The translations under genes and the position numbers were made by a program. From Pirellulales bacterium (GTDB lineage: Bacteria > Planctomycetota > Planctomycetia > Pirellulales > UBA1268), in NCBI GenBank assembly GCA_017853835.1, contig JAFMIU010000005.1, positions 33,072-97,071 on the forward strand: a stretch of 64,000 nt of DNA. Direction: 5' to 3'. Below are positions 1 through 9,142 of this stretch, piece by piece. The notes beneath the pieces were generated by a model, which had not been told where the DNA came from, did no database searches, and was given only the letters and a program-made list of their open reading frames with translations. Each line of letters starts with the position of its first letter. Position 1 is the first letter of the stretch.

Positions 1-293
1 TCACATCGGACGGGTTCACCCGATCGCGGATCGGCGATCCGGAAGCCCTGGCCTGTGACCGTGCCGCCGGCGGCACGGAAGTGATCCCGGAGCAGGGTCC
101 GCTGCCGGGCCATGGCCGGTGATCCCGATGGCCGAGGTCCAAGGTTGCAGATCGCCTCGAGGTGCCGCATCGCCCGTTCCCCCGAAAACTCGTTCCGAGG
201 CTCGTCGGCGGTCACGGTGGGCACGATGCACGCGATGACAAGGGCCGCGGCGAGGACCGATGGCGACGAAAAGGAGGAAGGAACCATCAGCAT
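1..293 (-). CDS. M28-family peptidase / glutaminyl-cyclase-like protein, N-terminal part (runs off window edge)
   Basis: Not in ORF track. Manual translation from ATG at 293: MLMVPSSFSSPSVLAAALVIACIVPTVTADEPRNEFSGERAMRHLEAICNLGPRPSGSPAMARQR... Signal peptide followed by the FxGERAxxHLxxICxLGPRxxGS start typical of M28 peptidases. Confidence 0.7.
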   Translation of the reverse strand, partial: MLMVPSSFSSPSVLAAALVIACIVPTVTADEPRNEFSGERAMRHLEAICNLGPRPSGSPAMARQRTLLRDHFRAAGGTVTGQGFRIADPRSGEPVRC

Positions 294-502
294 GAAGGGC
301 CCGGCATCGAGGAATGATCCTGGAGTCTATCCCTCAGGGGAAGAAGTCTTCCACGTTCGTTTTCCGGTCCGTGGGGCGTGCGGTGTGGAATCGGTGCCCG
401 GCGGTCATGGGGCGTTTTTGTCGTGTGATGGTGAACGCCCTGCGAACCGCCTACACTCCGGCTCAGGGCGGCCGTCATCCGCTTCGCGTTTCAGGCTCTT
501 CC

Positions 503-2284
503 ATGCACGTTCTCGTCGAATGCCGTTGTCGATCGACGCGCTGCCCGCGTCGGCCCAACGGCGCATGGACGGTTGCCGTGATGCTGGCAGCGTTCATGGG
601 TGCCTTTGCCCACGTGCAGGGCGTCCGCGGTGGCGGTGGTCCGGAAAACGTCTTTGTGGTGGTCAATCCGGCGAGCGCCAACAGCCTTGCGGTCGCCAAT
701 GCGTTCGTGGCCACCCGCAACATTCCGCCGATCAACATTCTCATGCTGCCATGGCAGGACAGCGTGGAGAACACCACGATCGCCAGGTTTCGCAACGAGC
801 TGCTCATCCCGGTGGTCAACACGATCGACTCGCGGCGGCTGTCATCGCAGATCGACTGCGTGGCGTGGTCGAGCGATTTCCCCTGGCGGATCGACTTCAA
901 GGACGAGCTCCCTCCGGAGATCGCGTCGAAGGACACCTATCCGTCGGGATCGCTCACGGGCATGACCACGCTCTTGGCTGCCGTGCAGAGCGGAGTGCCG
1001 GCATGGCTCGATCCCGAGAGCAACGACTATTACCGGCCTCTCGATCGCGAGGGAGTGCCGATATCCACACAGGGATTCCGGAGCTGGTATGGCTGGGGCG
1101 ACGACGGTCAGCTCCTGGAGGCCGGCGGCACCCGCTACCTGCTTTCGGTGATGCTCGGCGTGACGTCTGGACGGGGCAACACTCCGCGCGAGGTCATTCG
1201 TGGCCTGGAAACGTCCGCCCGGGCCGATGGCAGCCGGCCAACGGGCACGATCTACTTCATGACCAACAGCGACGTGCGGACCACCACCCGAAGCAGTGTC
1301 TTCTCCGCGACGGTCAAGGCACTCGAACGGCTCGGGGTGAAGGCGCAGGTCATCGCCGGCGCCGTGCCGGGGGGCAAGCGAGATGTTGCCGGCCTCATGG
1401 CCGGCACGCCCGACTTCGACTGGAAGTCGAGCGGAAGCACCATCCTTCCCGGCGCCATCTGCGAAAACCTCACCAGTTTCGGGGGCATCTTCACGCCAAC
1501 GTCGTCGCAGACACCGCTTTCGGAGTTTCTGAGATATGGGGCGGCCGGCTCGAGCGGAACGGTGATCGAACCCTATTCCATTCCGGCCAAGTTTCCGCAT
1601 GCGGCCCTCCAGGTTCACTACGCCCGAGGTGCGAGCCTGGCGGAGGCGTTTTATCAGTCGATCCGAAGTCCCTATCAACTCGTGGTGGTTGGCGATCCTC
1701 TCTGTCAGCCGTGGGCGCGGATCCCAACGGTCGAAGTGGTGATCGCGAATGACGGTCGCGTCCTCGAGCCAGACACGGTGCTCCGCGGCACGGTTGAGTT
1801 TGAACCGCGTGCGACCGTGCCCGGGGGCATGGTGGATCGCTACGAACTGTTCATCGACGGGGTGCGGGTAAACGACTGCGGAGCGGGCGAGAAGCTGACG
1901 CTCGACACCACGAAACTCTCCGACGGCCACCACGACCTGCGCGTGGTCGGCATTGAAAACTCCTCCGTCGAGACGCAGGGGCGGGTGATCGTGCCGGTGT
2001 CGGTCGTCAATGGAAACCGAACGATCGAACTGGAGGTGGAGCCGATGCGAGTGAGTCGCCAGGAGAGCGTCCGGATCAGCGTTCGTGGCAGCGGCATCAA
2101 TGGCGCCGTGGTGTTTGCCACAGGCCGGGTTCTGGGAAGGACGACGGGACCGGAGTCGTCGATCGAGGTGCCCGCCGATCTGCTCGGCCTCGGCACCGTG
2201 ACCGTGCGGGCCCTCGGCCGCGGCGGCTCGACGCCGTCCGAGGGAGTGAACGCGGTCCCCGTGGTCGTGGACGTCACGGAGTGA
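503..2284 (+). CDS. TIGR03790-like secreted protein with C-terminal Ig-like domains
   Basis: ORF 314..2284; start uncertain (503 or 581). Motifs PENVFVVVN..S..VA, PGAICENLTSFGG, GTVIEPY, G.SLAEAFY...PYQLVVVGDPL. Confidence 0.7.
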   Translation: MHVLVECRCRSTRCPRRPNGAWTVAVMLAAFMGAFAHVQGVRGGGGPENVFVVVNPASANSLAVANAFVATRNIPPINILMLPWQDSVENTTIARFRNELLIPVVNTIDSRRLSSQIDCVAWSSDFPWRIDFKDELPPEIASKDTYPSGSLTGMTTLLAAVQSGVPAWLDPESNDYYRPLDREGVPISTQGFRSWYGWGDDGQLLEAGGTRYLLSVMLGVTSGRGNTPREVIRGLETSARADGSRPTGTIYFMTNSDVRTTTRSSVFSATVKALERLGVKAQVIAGAVPGGKRDVAGLMAGTPDFDWKSSGSTILPGAICENLTSFGGIFTPTSSQTPLSEFLRYGAAGSSGTVIEPYSIPAKFPHAALQVHYARGASLAEAFYQSIRSPYQLVVVGDPLCQPWARIPTVEVVIANDGRVLEPDTVLRGTVEFEPRATVPGGMVDRYELFIDGVRVNDCGAGEKLTLDTTKLSDGHHDLRVVGIENSSVETQGRVIVPVSVVNGNRTIELEVEPMRVSRQESVRISVRGSGINGAVVFATGRVLGRTTGPESSIEVPADLLGLGTVTVRALGRGGSTPSEGVNAVPVVVDVTE

Positions 2285-2338
2285 CGCGTTGACCTGGTGA
2301 CGGCCTGTGCGTGCGGTGTCGCCGGGCAGACGCTGGGT

Positions 2339-4045
2339 TCACCGCATCGATGTCGACGAAGGCAGTAGCGCCACGTCGGAGTGGTCCCGGGCGGGGGCTT
2401 GGCTTCCGGTGGCATGGCCGTGATGCGCCTCCGAAAGGTGGTCCACGAAATCGGCCCTGGCGTTCTTGAGGACGAAGACCTCACTCGAGGCATCGGCCGC
2501 ACCGTGGGGGCGGACGATGCAGATCACCTCGGCCTTGCCGCCATGGGCCCGCACATGGTCGATGAGGGCGGCTTCGCCGGCGGTCAGGCTGCCTGACGGG
2601 GCGGGCTGTGATGCACCGGGCGTGGAGGTGGGCGTGGGTGTGAGGGTTTGGGTGGTCGGCATCTCCATGCCGATCGGCTGGCCACGGTCGCTCGAGCTTC
2701 CGAGGGAGGCACCGTCGTCGGGCATGCCTACCGAGGCGGTGGGAACGGCATCGGCACGATCCCTGCGGTCGAAGGAGACCGCGGGCATGGCGGAGGGCAT
2801 GGCCGGCACGTGCGGGCCGGTGGCGATGTCGAGACCGTTGCTCGGATAGACGTTGCGATAGACGAAGGCCAGCCCGGCCTCCTCGAGTTGTTCATGGATC
2901 GAAGGGAGGGCGGCAAAGAGCCCTTCGTTGTCAGCTGGGTCAGCGGCATTGCACACCCCGATGAGCGTGCCATCCCCGGCAAACAACCCGCCACCCGAAC
3001 GGCCCTGCACCGGCTGCCCGGCGACCTGGAGGTTGGAAGGCCCGAGGTATTTGTCGACCGCGGTGACGCGGCTGTGATGGATGGTCGGGTCCTTGCCGCC
3101 GTTGCATCCCACCGTGACGACCGGCGATCCCACGGGCGTGGAACGATCGACACCACCCACGCGAACGGGATCGATGGTCGTTTCGGTGAAGATGCTCACG
3201 AGGGCGAGATCGCGCTTAAGGTCCCAGGAGATCACCTGCCCGGCGACACCGCGTGGGCCATGCGGACCAAACAGGTCAACCTCCACCGTCCCCTTGCCGT
3301 CGGAGTCGCGGAACACGTGGCCGCAGGTGAGGATGAGGGCCTCGCCTTGACGGCAGTCGATGACCGTGCCGGTTGCCCACGAAACCCCGGTGGAATCCTC
3401 GACCCGAAGCCGCGCCGTGGCGGAGAGGAGTTTGGATTCGAGGGCGGAGCGACCGGAAGCCGGCGACGAGGTGTCGACCGTGGTCGCAGCGGAGGCGGGC
3501 ATCACCCCAGTGGCAGTGGGGCTGGGAGGAATGGATGATCCCGTCGCTGGCATCGTTCGTGCCATCGGAGGCGGTTCGGTGGCGAGATGCCCGGGAGCCG
3601 GGTTCGCCGGCAACGGCACGCCGGCGATCGTCGGCTGTTCCGACTGGGGCGGCGCACTGGCGATGGGCGATGCGACACCGAGAGGACTCGCTGATTTGGC
3701 GAGAAGGGCTTCGAGTTCTGCACGGGTCGTGGCGCCGTTGATGCGGCCCACCTCGTGCCCCTTCACCAGGAGCACGTAGCACGGCACGCCGGTGACACCG
3801 AAGCGTCGGACGAGGTCGGCTTCCCGATCGACATCGACATGGCGCACCACCCACCCTGCCGCCGCAATGTCGCCGACGATGGGGGCCATCTGCTTGCAGG
3901 GGCCGCACCAGGAGGCGGCAAAGTCGAGCAGCACGACCTCGCCGGAGCGGGCAGCCGCGGCGGGGTCGGCCTTTGCCGGCGACGCGAGCACGACGATGGC
4001 GATGGCCGTGAGCCAGGTCGCGATCGAACGCGGACGATTCATCAT
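2339..4045 (-). CDS. Secreted thioredoxin domain + trypsin-like serine protease fusion
   Basis: Signal peptide (MMNRPRSIATWLTAIAIVVLASPAKA), WCGPC motif, Pro-rich linker, trypsin triad motifs LTCGH, DLAL, GRSGGG. Confidence 0.85.
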   Translation of the reverse strand: MMNRPRSIATWLTAIAIVVLASPAKADPAAAARSGEVVLLDFAASWCGPCKQMAPIVGDIAAAGWVVRHVDVDREADLVRRFGVTGVPCYVLLVKGHEVGRINGATTRAELEALLAKSASPLGVASPIASAPPQSEQPTIAGVPLPANPAPGHLATEPPPMARTMPATGSSIPPSPTATGVMPASAATTVDTSSPASGRSALESKLLSATARLRVEDSTGVSWATGTVIDCRQGEALILTCGHVFRDSDGKGTVEVDLFGPHGPRGVAGQVISWDLKRDLALVSIFTETTIDPVRVGGVDRSTPVGSPVVTVGCNGGKDPTIHHSRVTAVDKYLGPSNLQVAGQPVQGRSGGGLFAGDGTLIGVCNAADPADNEGLFAALPSIHEQLEEAGLAFVYRNVYPSNGLDIATGPHVPAMPSAMPAVSFDRRDRADAVPTASVGMPDDGASLGSSSDRGQPIGMEMPTTQTLTPTPTSTPGASQPAPSGSLTAGEAALIDHVRAHGGKAEVICIVRPHGAADASSEVFVLKNARADFVDHLSEAHHGHATGSQAPARDHSDVALLPSSTSMR

Positions 4046-4249
4046 GCACTCCACGCTATGGGGCCAGCGGGTCGACAGTCCCGCCCGCCCGAGGGCGGCT
4101 GGGGGGGCGGGATAGTGGCGGCGGCCGCTGGGAGCGACAAGGTCACTTTCAGGACCGGGTCCTTGCCCATTCGGCCGGCATTTCCTTGATTCCCCGCGTG
4201 TTCCTACAATCCGCCGGCCCAGACCCATCCCGCTTGGCACGATCTCCGC

Positions 4250-6334
4250 ATGCCTACCTCGCCCCGCCGCCGCATTCTCGTCACCTCAGCGCTGCCCTAC
4301 GCCAACGGGCATATCCATCTGGGGCACCTCGTCGAATACATCCAGACCGACATCTTCGTCCGGTTTCAAAAGCTCCGCGGCCACGAGTGCCTCTACCTGT
4401 GTGCCGACGACACCCATGGCACGGCGATCATGATCCGGGCGCGTGCCGAGGGGCGGTCGGAGCAGGAACTGATCGCGGAGATGCGAGCTGCCCATCTGGC
4501 CGATTTCAACGGCTTCCAGGTGGCATTCGACCACTACGGATCGACCGACAATCCGTCCAATCGGCGGCTTTGTGCGGAGGTGTGGGGAGCATTACGGTCG
4601 AAGGGCTTCGTGGTATCCCGTGACGTGCAGCAGCTGTACGACCCTGTGGCGGGAACCTTTCTGGCCGATCGCTTCGTGAAAGGCACATGCCCCCGGTGCC
4701 GCGCGGCTGATCAGTATGGCGACACCTGTGAGCAGTGTGGTGCCACCTATGCGCCGGCGGATGTGATCGATCCGGTCAGCACGCTTTCGGGCACGCGGCC
4801 TGACGTTCGGTCGGCCGAGCACCTCTTTGTGACGATCGAAGCCCTTCATGCGTTTCTTGCGGAATGGACGCAATCAAGCGGTGCCCTCGATCCCCGGATC
4901 GCCAACTATCTCGCCAGGCACTTCCTGGGCGAACCCTTGCGGGACTGGGACATCTCACGCCCCGCCCCGTACTTCGGCTTCGAGATTCCCGATGCACCGG
5001 GGCATTACTGGTATGTGTGGTTCGACGCGCCGATCGGCTACCTGGCGGCGACGGCCGAATGGTGCGAGGCGCACGGCCAGACGATCGATGCGTGGTGGCG
5101 CCGGGGCGGTGACACCCCGGCCGAAATCCACCACTTCATCGGCAAGGACATCGTCTATTTCCACACCCTCTTTTGGCCGGCCATGCTCGAGGCGGCGGGG
5201 CTCGCGCTTCCGACGAAGGTACGGGTGCACGGGTTTCTCACCGTCAATGGCGAGAAGATGTCGAAAAGCCGCGGCACGTTCGTGCTCGCCCGCACCTGGC
5301 TCGACCACGTCGATCCATCATCACTTCGCTACTACTACGCCTCGAAGATTTCCGGCGGCATCGACGACCTCGATCTGAATCTCGACGAGTTTCTGGCGAA
5401 GGTGAATGCCGATCTGGTCGGCAAGGTGGTGAATCTGGCAAGCCGAACCGCCCGCTGGCTCGAGGGGACCGGACTCGCCGAGGTCTATCCCGACGATGGC
5501 GGGCTCTTTGCGAAGGCAGCCGCCGAGGCCGACGAGATTGCCGCCGCGTACGAAGCGGGCGACTTCGCCCGGGCGATGCGCACGATCATGCTCGCCGCCG
5601 ACCGCGCCAACGCCTACGTGGATGCCGAACAGCCCTGGAAGCTCGCCAAGCAGGGGCCTGAGGTCGCAGGGCGGCTCCGCGACGTCGCGACCGTGGCCTT
5701 GAATCTGTTTCGGCAGATCACGGTGTATCTCGCACCGGTGCTGCCCACGCTCGCGGAGCAGGCCGGGGCCCTTGTCGGCGGGCCAATTCGTTCCTGGGAC
5801 GAGTCGCAATCGCCGCGTGCCGGACTGCCGGTCGCTCCGTTCGTGCCGATGATGAAGCGGATCGATCGCCAGCACATCGACGCTGTGGTGGCGGCATCCC
5901 AGCACGCCGCTCCCCAGGAACCAGCCCCAACAGGAGGAACCATGATGGATACGCCCACTCACGCCGATTCAGGCGAACCGCTCGCGGCCGAACCGCTCGC
6001 TCCGACGTGCACGATCGACGATTTTTCGAAGATCGATCTCCGCGTCGCCCGCATCGTGGCGGCCGAAGAGGTGCCGGAGGCCAAGAAGCTTCTGAAGCTG
6101 ACCGTGAGTCTTGGCGGGGATGCCACGCGGACCGTCTTCGCCGGCATCAAGGGCTTTCACGAGCCGGCGGCGCTGGTCGGCCGTGTGGTGGTGGTGGTGG
6201 CGAATCTCGCGCCGCGGCAGATGAAGTTTGGATTGAGCGAGGGCATGGTGGTGGCGGCGAGCGGCGCCGGCGCGTCGGGTGTCTACCTGCTGTCGCCCGA
6301 TTCCGGTGCCCTTCCGGGCATGCGGCTGCACTGA
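4250..6334 (+). CDS. metG: Methionyl-tRNA synthetase with C-terminal tRNA-binding (Trbp111-like) domain
   Basis: [13 protein letters not shown], CxxC zinc knuckles, KMSKS, C-terminal [10 protein letters not shown]...[15 protein letters not shown]. Confidence 0.98.
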   Translation: MPTSPRRRILVTSALPYANGHIHLGHLVEYIQTDIFVRFQKLRGHECLYLCADDTHGTAIMIRARAEGRSEQELIAEMRAAHLADFNGFQVAFDHYGSTDNPSNRRLCAEVWGALRSKGFVVSRDVQQLYDPVAGTFLADRFVKGTCPRCRAADQYGDTCEQCGATYAPADVIDPVSTLSGTRPDVRSAEHLFVTIEALHAFLAEWTQSSGALDPRIANYLARHFLGEPLRDWDISRPAPYFGFEIPDAPGHYWYVWFDAPIGYLAATAEWCEAHGQTIDAWWRRGGDTPAEIHHFIGKDIVYFHTLFWPAMLEAAGLALPTKVRVHGFLTVNGEKMSKSRGTFVLARTWLDHVDPSSLRYYYASKISGGIDDLDLNLDEFLAKVNADLVGKVVNLASRTARWLEGTGLAEVYPDDGGLFAKAAAEADEIAAAYEAGDFARAMRTIMLAADRANAYVDAEQPWKLAKQGPEVAGRLRDVATVALNLFRQITVYLAPVLPTLAEQAGALVGGPIRSWDESQSPRAGLPVAPFVPMMKRIDRQHIDAVVAASQHAAPQEPAPTGGTMMDTPTHADSGEPLAAEPLAPTCTIDDFSKIDLRVARIVAAEEVPEAKKLLKLTVSLGGDATRTVFAGIKGFHEPAALVGRVVVVVANLAPRQMKFGLSEGMVVAASGAGASGVYLLSPDSGALPGMRLH

Positions 6335-6353
6335 GGTCGCGGCCGTCGGGAAG

Positions 6354-6375
6354 CCCCGGCCAATCCGGGGGGATT
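6354..6375 (+). terminator. GC hairpin after metG (possible terminator)
   Basis: CCCCGG-ccaat-CCGGGG followed by a weak T-run (ggattt). Confidence 0.35.
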
Positions 6376-6442
6376 TGTGGCCCGTCTCTGCGTAGAATGG
6401 GGGAGACACTCAGTGTGATTTCGCCCGAGGGAGACCAGCGCC

Positions 6443-6895
6443 ATGGCCAAGACGATCCTCTTTCCAACCGACTTTTCCACGGCGAGCGATGCAGCGCTCG
6501 AGCATGCTGCCGCACTCGCCGCGTCATCGGGTGCCTCGTTGCTGATCGTGCACGTTGAAGAGCCGCCGCTTGCCTACGGTGGCGGTGAGTTGTACTACGG
6601 CATTCCCGAGCCGGACTCTGAGCGGATTCTCAAAATGCTCGAGGATGTCCGGCCGAAGAACGCCGCGGTGCCCTTCACGCACCGTCTGACCATGGGTGAT
6701 CCGGCAGGCGAGATCGTGCGGCTCGCCGAGGAGGAGAAGGTCGACATGATCGTGCTCGGTACGCACGGCCGAACCGGCATGACACGGCTTCTGATGGGGA
6801 GCGTGGCGGAAGTGGTCGTCCGCCGCGCACCGTGCCCGGTGCTGGTCTATCGGGAGACCGATTCGCGGCTGTCGAAGGCCGGACATGCCGAGTGA
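6443..6895 (+). CDS. Universal stress protein (UspA family)
   Basis: ILFPTDFS, IVLGTHGRTG, MGSVAEVVVRRAPCPVLV; TAGAAT -10-like element near 6393. Confidence 0.95.
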   Translation: MAKTILFPTDFSTASDAALEHAAALAASSGASLLIVHVEEPPLAYGGGELYYGIPEPDSERILKMLEDVRPKNAAVPFTHRLTMGDPAGEIVRLAEEEKVDMIVLGTHGRTGMTRLLMGSVAEVVVRRAPCPVLVYRETDSRLSKAGHAE

Positions 6896-7862
6896 CGGGA
6901 CTCGTCCCCCGACGACGGTGCGTCCGATCCTGGAGCTCCGTGCGGGGCTGCGGCGTTCGATCCGAACCGTCTTTGACGCCCGCGGGTTCGTCGAAGTCGA
7001 CACCCCCGTCTTGTCGCGGGAGGTGTTGCCGGAAGCGCACATCGACCCGATCGCCGTGACCATGCCTGGTGCGGCGGGCGTCGCCTTCCTGCAGGCGAGC
7101 CCCGAGGCCCTGATGAAACGTCTCCTCGCGGGCAGCTCGGGGCCGATCTACCAGTTTGCCCAGTCGTTTCGGGCCGGCGAACGGGGGCGTCAGCACGACG
7201 TCGAGTTTTGCCTTCTCGAGTGGTACGAGCCGGGAACCACGCTCGCCGACGCCGTGATCCTGCTTGACGACCTCTGCGCCGCAGCGCTAGGAACCCGGGG
7301 CATGGATCAGGTCTCGTGCCGCGAGGCCTTTGCTCAAACAGCAGGCGTCGATCTCGAGCACGCCGATGCCGCGTCGCTCGAGGCAGTCGCGGAGCGGCTG
7401 GTCGGGCCACGTCCCGTGCCATCCCCTGGAGCAACCGCCGCCGACCGGTGGGATCGTGCGTTTGAGATGCTCCTTGCCGGGGTGGTGCAGCCCACGCTTG
7501 GCCACGGGAGGCCGACGATGCTCGTGCAGTGGCCGGCCTCGCAGGCGGCCTTCGCCCGTCTTGACCCAGAGACGCCGGCATGGGCCAGACGGTTCGAGCT
7601 GTTCGTGTCGGGCGTGGAGCTCGCCAACGGGTGGGAGGAGGAGACGAGCCGGGAGGTGCTCCTCCATCGCATCACCGTCGCCAATCGGATCCGTGCCGCC
7701 GACGGCCGGCCGACGCTTCCCCTTCCTGATCGGCTGATCGCCGCCCATGGCGACACCATGCCGGCCGGCGTGGGCGCGGCGCTCGGATTCGACCGGCTCG
7801 TCATGCTCGCCGCAGGGGCTGACACGATCGCCGCGGCCCGCTGTTTTCACGGCGAGTCGTGA
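6885..7862 (+). CDS. epmA: EF-P lysine aminoacylase (GenX/PoxA)
   Basis: Class II aaRS catalytic core without anticodon domain: GFVEVDTP, LQASPE..MKRLLA, FRAGERGRQH, RFELFVSGVELANG, GAALGFDRL. Confidence 0.9.
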   Translation: MPSDGTRPPTTVRPILELRAGLRRSIRTVFDARGFVEVDTPVLSREVLPEAHIDPIAVTMPGAAGVAFLQASPEALMKRLLAGSSGPIYQFAQSFRAGERGRQHDVEFCLLEWYEPGTTLADAVILLDDLCAAALGTRGMDQVSCREAFAQTAGVDLEHADAASLEAVAERLVGPRPVPSPGATAADRWDRAFEMLLAGVVQPTLGHGRPTMLVQWPASQAAFARLDPETPAWARRFELFVSGVELANGWEEETSREVLLHRITVANRIRAADGRPTLPLPDRLIAAHGDTMPAGVGAALGFDRLVMLAAGADTIAAARCFHGES

Positions 7863-7880
7863 AGGCGGCGTGTGACGTGG

Positions 7881-8558
7881 CTATCGCCGTACCGCCAGCG
7901 CCATGATGAGCCAACGCTCCACCGGGCCGGCGGTGCCGTCGACCTGGCGAGGAACGATCGCGAGGTCGAGCGATGCTTCCGATGCGCCGCATGGGCCGAG
8001 ATCGACCGCCACACGCCAGCCGCCATCGTCGGTACCGGCAGGTTCGGCCGACGTGATGATCGGCTGGCGGTCGCCGCACGCGAGCACGGCGGCGCACGCG
8101 TCCAGTTTGGCAAACCGTGCGAGCTTTTCGTCGGCGGGTTCTTCCGGCTCCTCGCCCGGTCCATCGTGACGCAACGGAAGGATGCCGCCCGAGCACATCG
8201 CCATCGCCTCGGCGGTGCGACCCTCCCGCATGGCGTCGATCCATGCAGAGGCTGCCGCGGCGGCGCGCCGGCCGAGGATCCAGCGGTCGACGACCAGGCT
8301 GGTCACGGCCTGGGCACCAAACCCGAGCGAGAGCGCCAGCCCCGCCAGTGCCAACAGCCTGCCGGCCTTCGTTCCGCCGGCGCGGGCGATGTCGGTGAGC
8401 GCCGTCATGGCAAGCGTGCCGCCGACGAGCGGCAGGGCCCAGGCGAAGCGGGTCACCAAGGCCAGGGACGACAAACCGCCGGCGATCAGCGCCGCCACGG
8501 CGAGCAGGCTCACCGGCCGGTAGTCGAGGCTGTCGTCGGTCGTTCGATCGTCGCTCAC
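7881..8558 (-). CDS. Membrane hypothetical protein (DUF4190-like N-terminus)
   Basis: YRPVSLLAVAAL...G..LA.AG transmembrane pattern; overlaps the upstream gene end. Confidence 0.65.
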   Translation of the reverse strand: MSDDRTTDDSLDYRPVSLLAVAALIAGGLSSLALVTRFAWALPLVGGTLAMTALTDIARAGGTKAGRLLALAGLALSLGFGAQAVTSLVVDRWILGRRAAAAASAWIDAMREGRTAEAMAMCSGGILPLRHDGPGEEPEEPADEKLARFAKLDACAAVLACGDRQPIITSAEPAGTDDGGWRVAVDLGPCGASEASLDLAIVPRQVDGTAGPVERWLIMALAVRR

Positions 8559-9142
8559 CGGTTCACGCGGAGTTCGGGCTGTGCCTCGAGAAGCGTTCGG
8601 CGGGTGGCATATCGGAGGATGAAGTCAGCGTCTTTGTCGAATACATGGTCGGGCTTCGCGAAGGGCCCCGACAGGGTCGACCCGCGGACCCACTGGAGCC
8701 ACCGACGATCCGGGGCGAGGCCGAAGAACATGCGTGCCTCCGGCGTCGCCTGCACCATGTCGCGAGGAATCGCGGCGGTGTGAAGGCTTGCGGCGGTGAA
8801 GCAGACGACGATCCAGGCCGTGGCGGCAGCGACCACCGGGCATCCGAACATTTCGACGGGCTTGCGAAACTTGACCTTGGTTCGGGAGACACGGTCGGCC
8901 ACCTCGCGCATCACCAGGAGGACGAGCGCGAAAAGACCCCACAGGGCGAGGCTGTCGAGGAGATAGTCGTAGGAGGGCATCCTCGGCTCGAGCAGCGCGA
9001 CCACCCACTCATACCACGCTGTGGCGAACGTGGCCGCGGCCAGCACGTTGAGAAACGCGATCGACGTGCTCCAGAGGCCCTCCCGCCAGAGGGCAAACGT
9101 CACCACCACGAAGAGCGCCAGGAGGAGGAGGCTGAGGATCAT
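8555..9142 (-). CDS. CvpA-like membrane protein
   Basis: Four hydrophobic helices, EGLW motif; ATGA coupling to the upstream ATPase gene. Confidence 0.65.
   Translation of the reverse strand: MILSLLLLALFVVVTFALWREGLWSTSIAFLNVLAAATFATAWYEWVVALLEPRMPSYDYLLDSLALWGLFALVLLVMREVADRVSRTKVKFRKPVEMFGCPVVAAATAWIVVCFTAASLHTAAIPRDMVQATPEARMFFGLAPDRRWLQWVRGSTLSGPFAKPDHVFDKDADFILRYATRRTLLEAQPELRVNR

Noticed and set aside
4235-4250. TGGCACGATCTCCGCA, a GG-N10-GC sigma54-like match before metG
   Set aside because: It would place the TSS inside the coding sequence, the -12 element is poor, and a TACAAT -10 lies near 4205.
6885-7862. epmA without adjacent efp or epmB
   Set aside because: These genes are often unlinked; nothing unusual can be claimed from this window.
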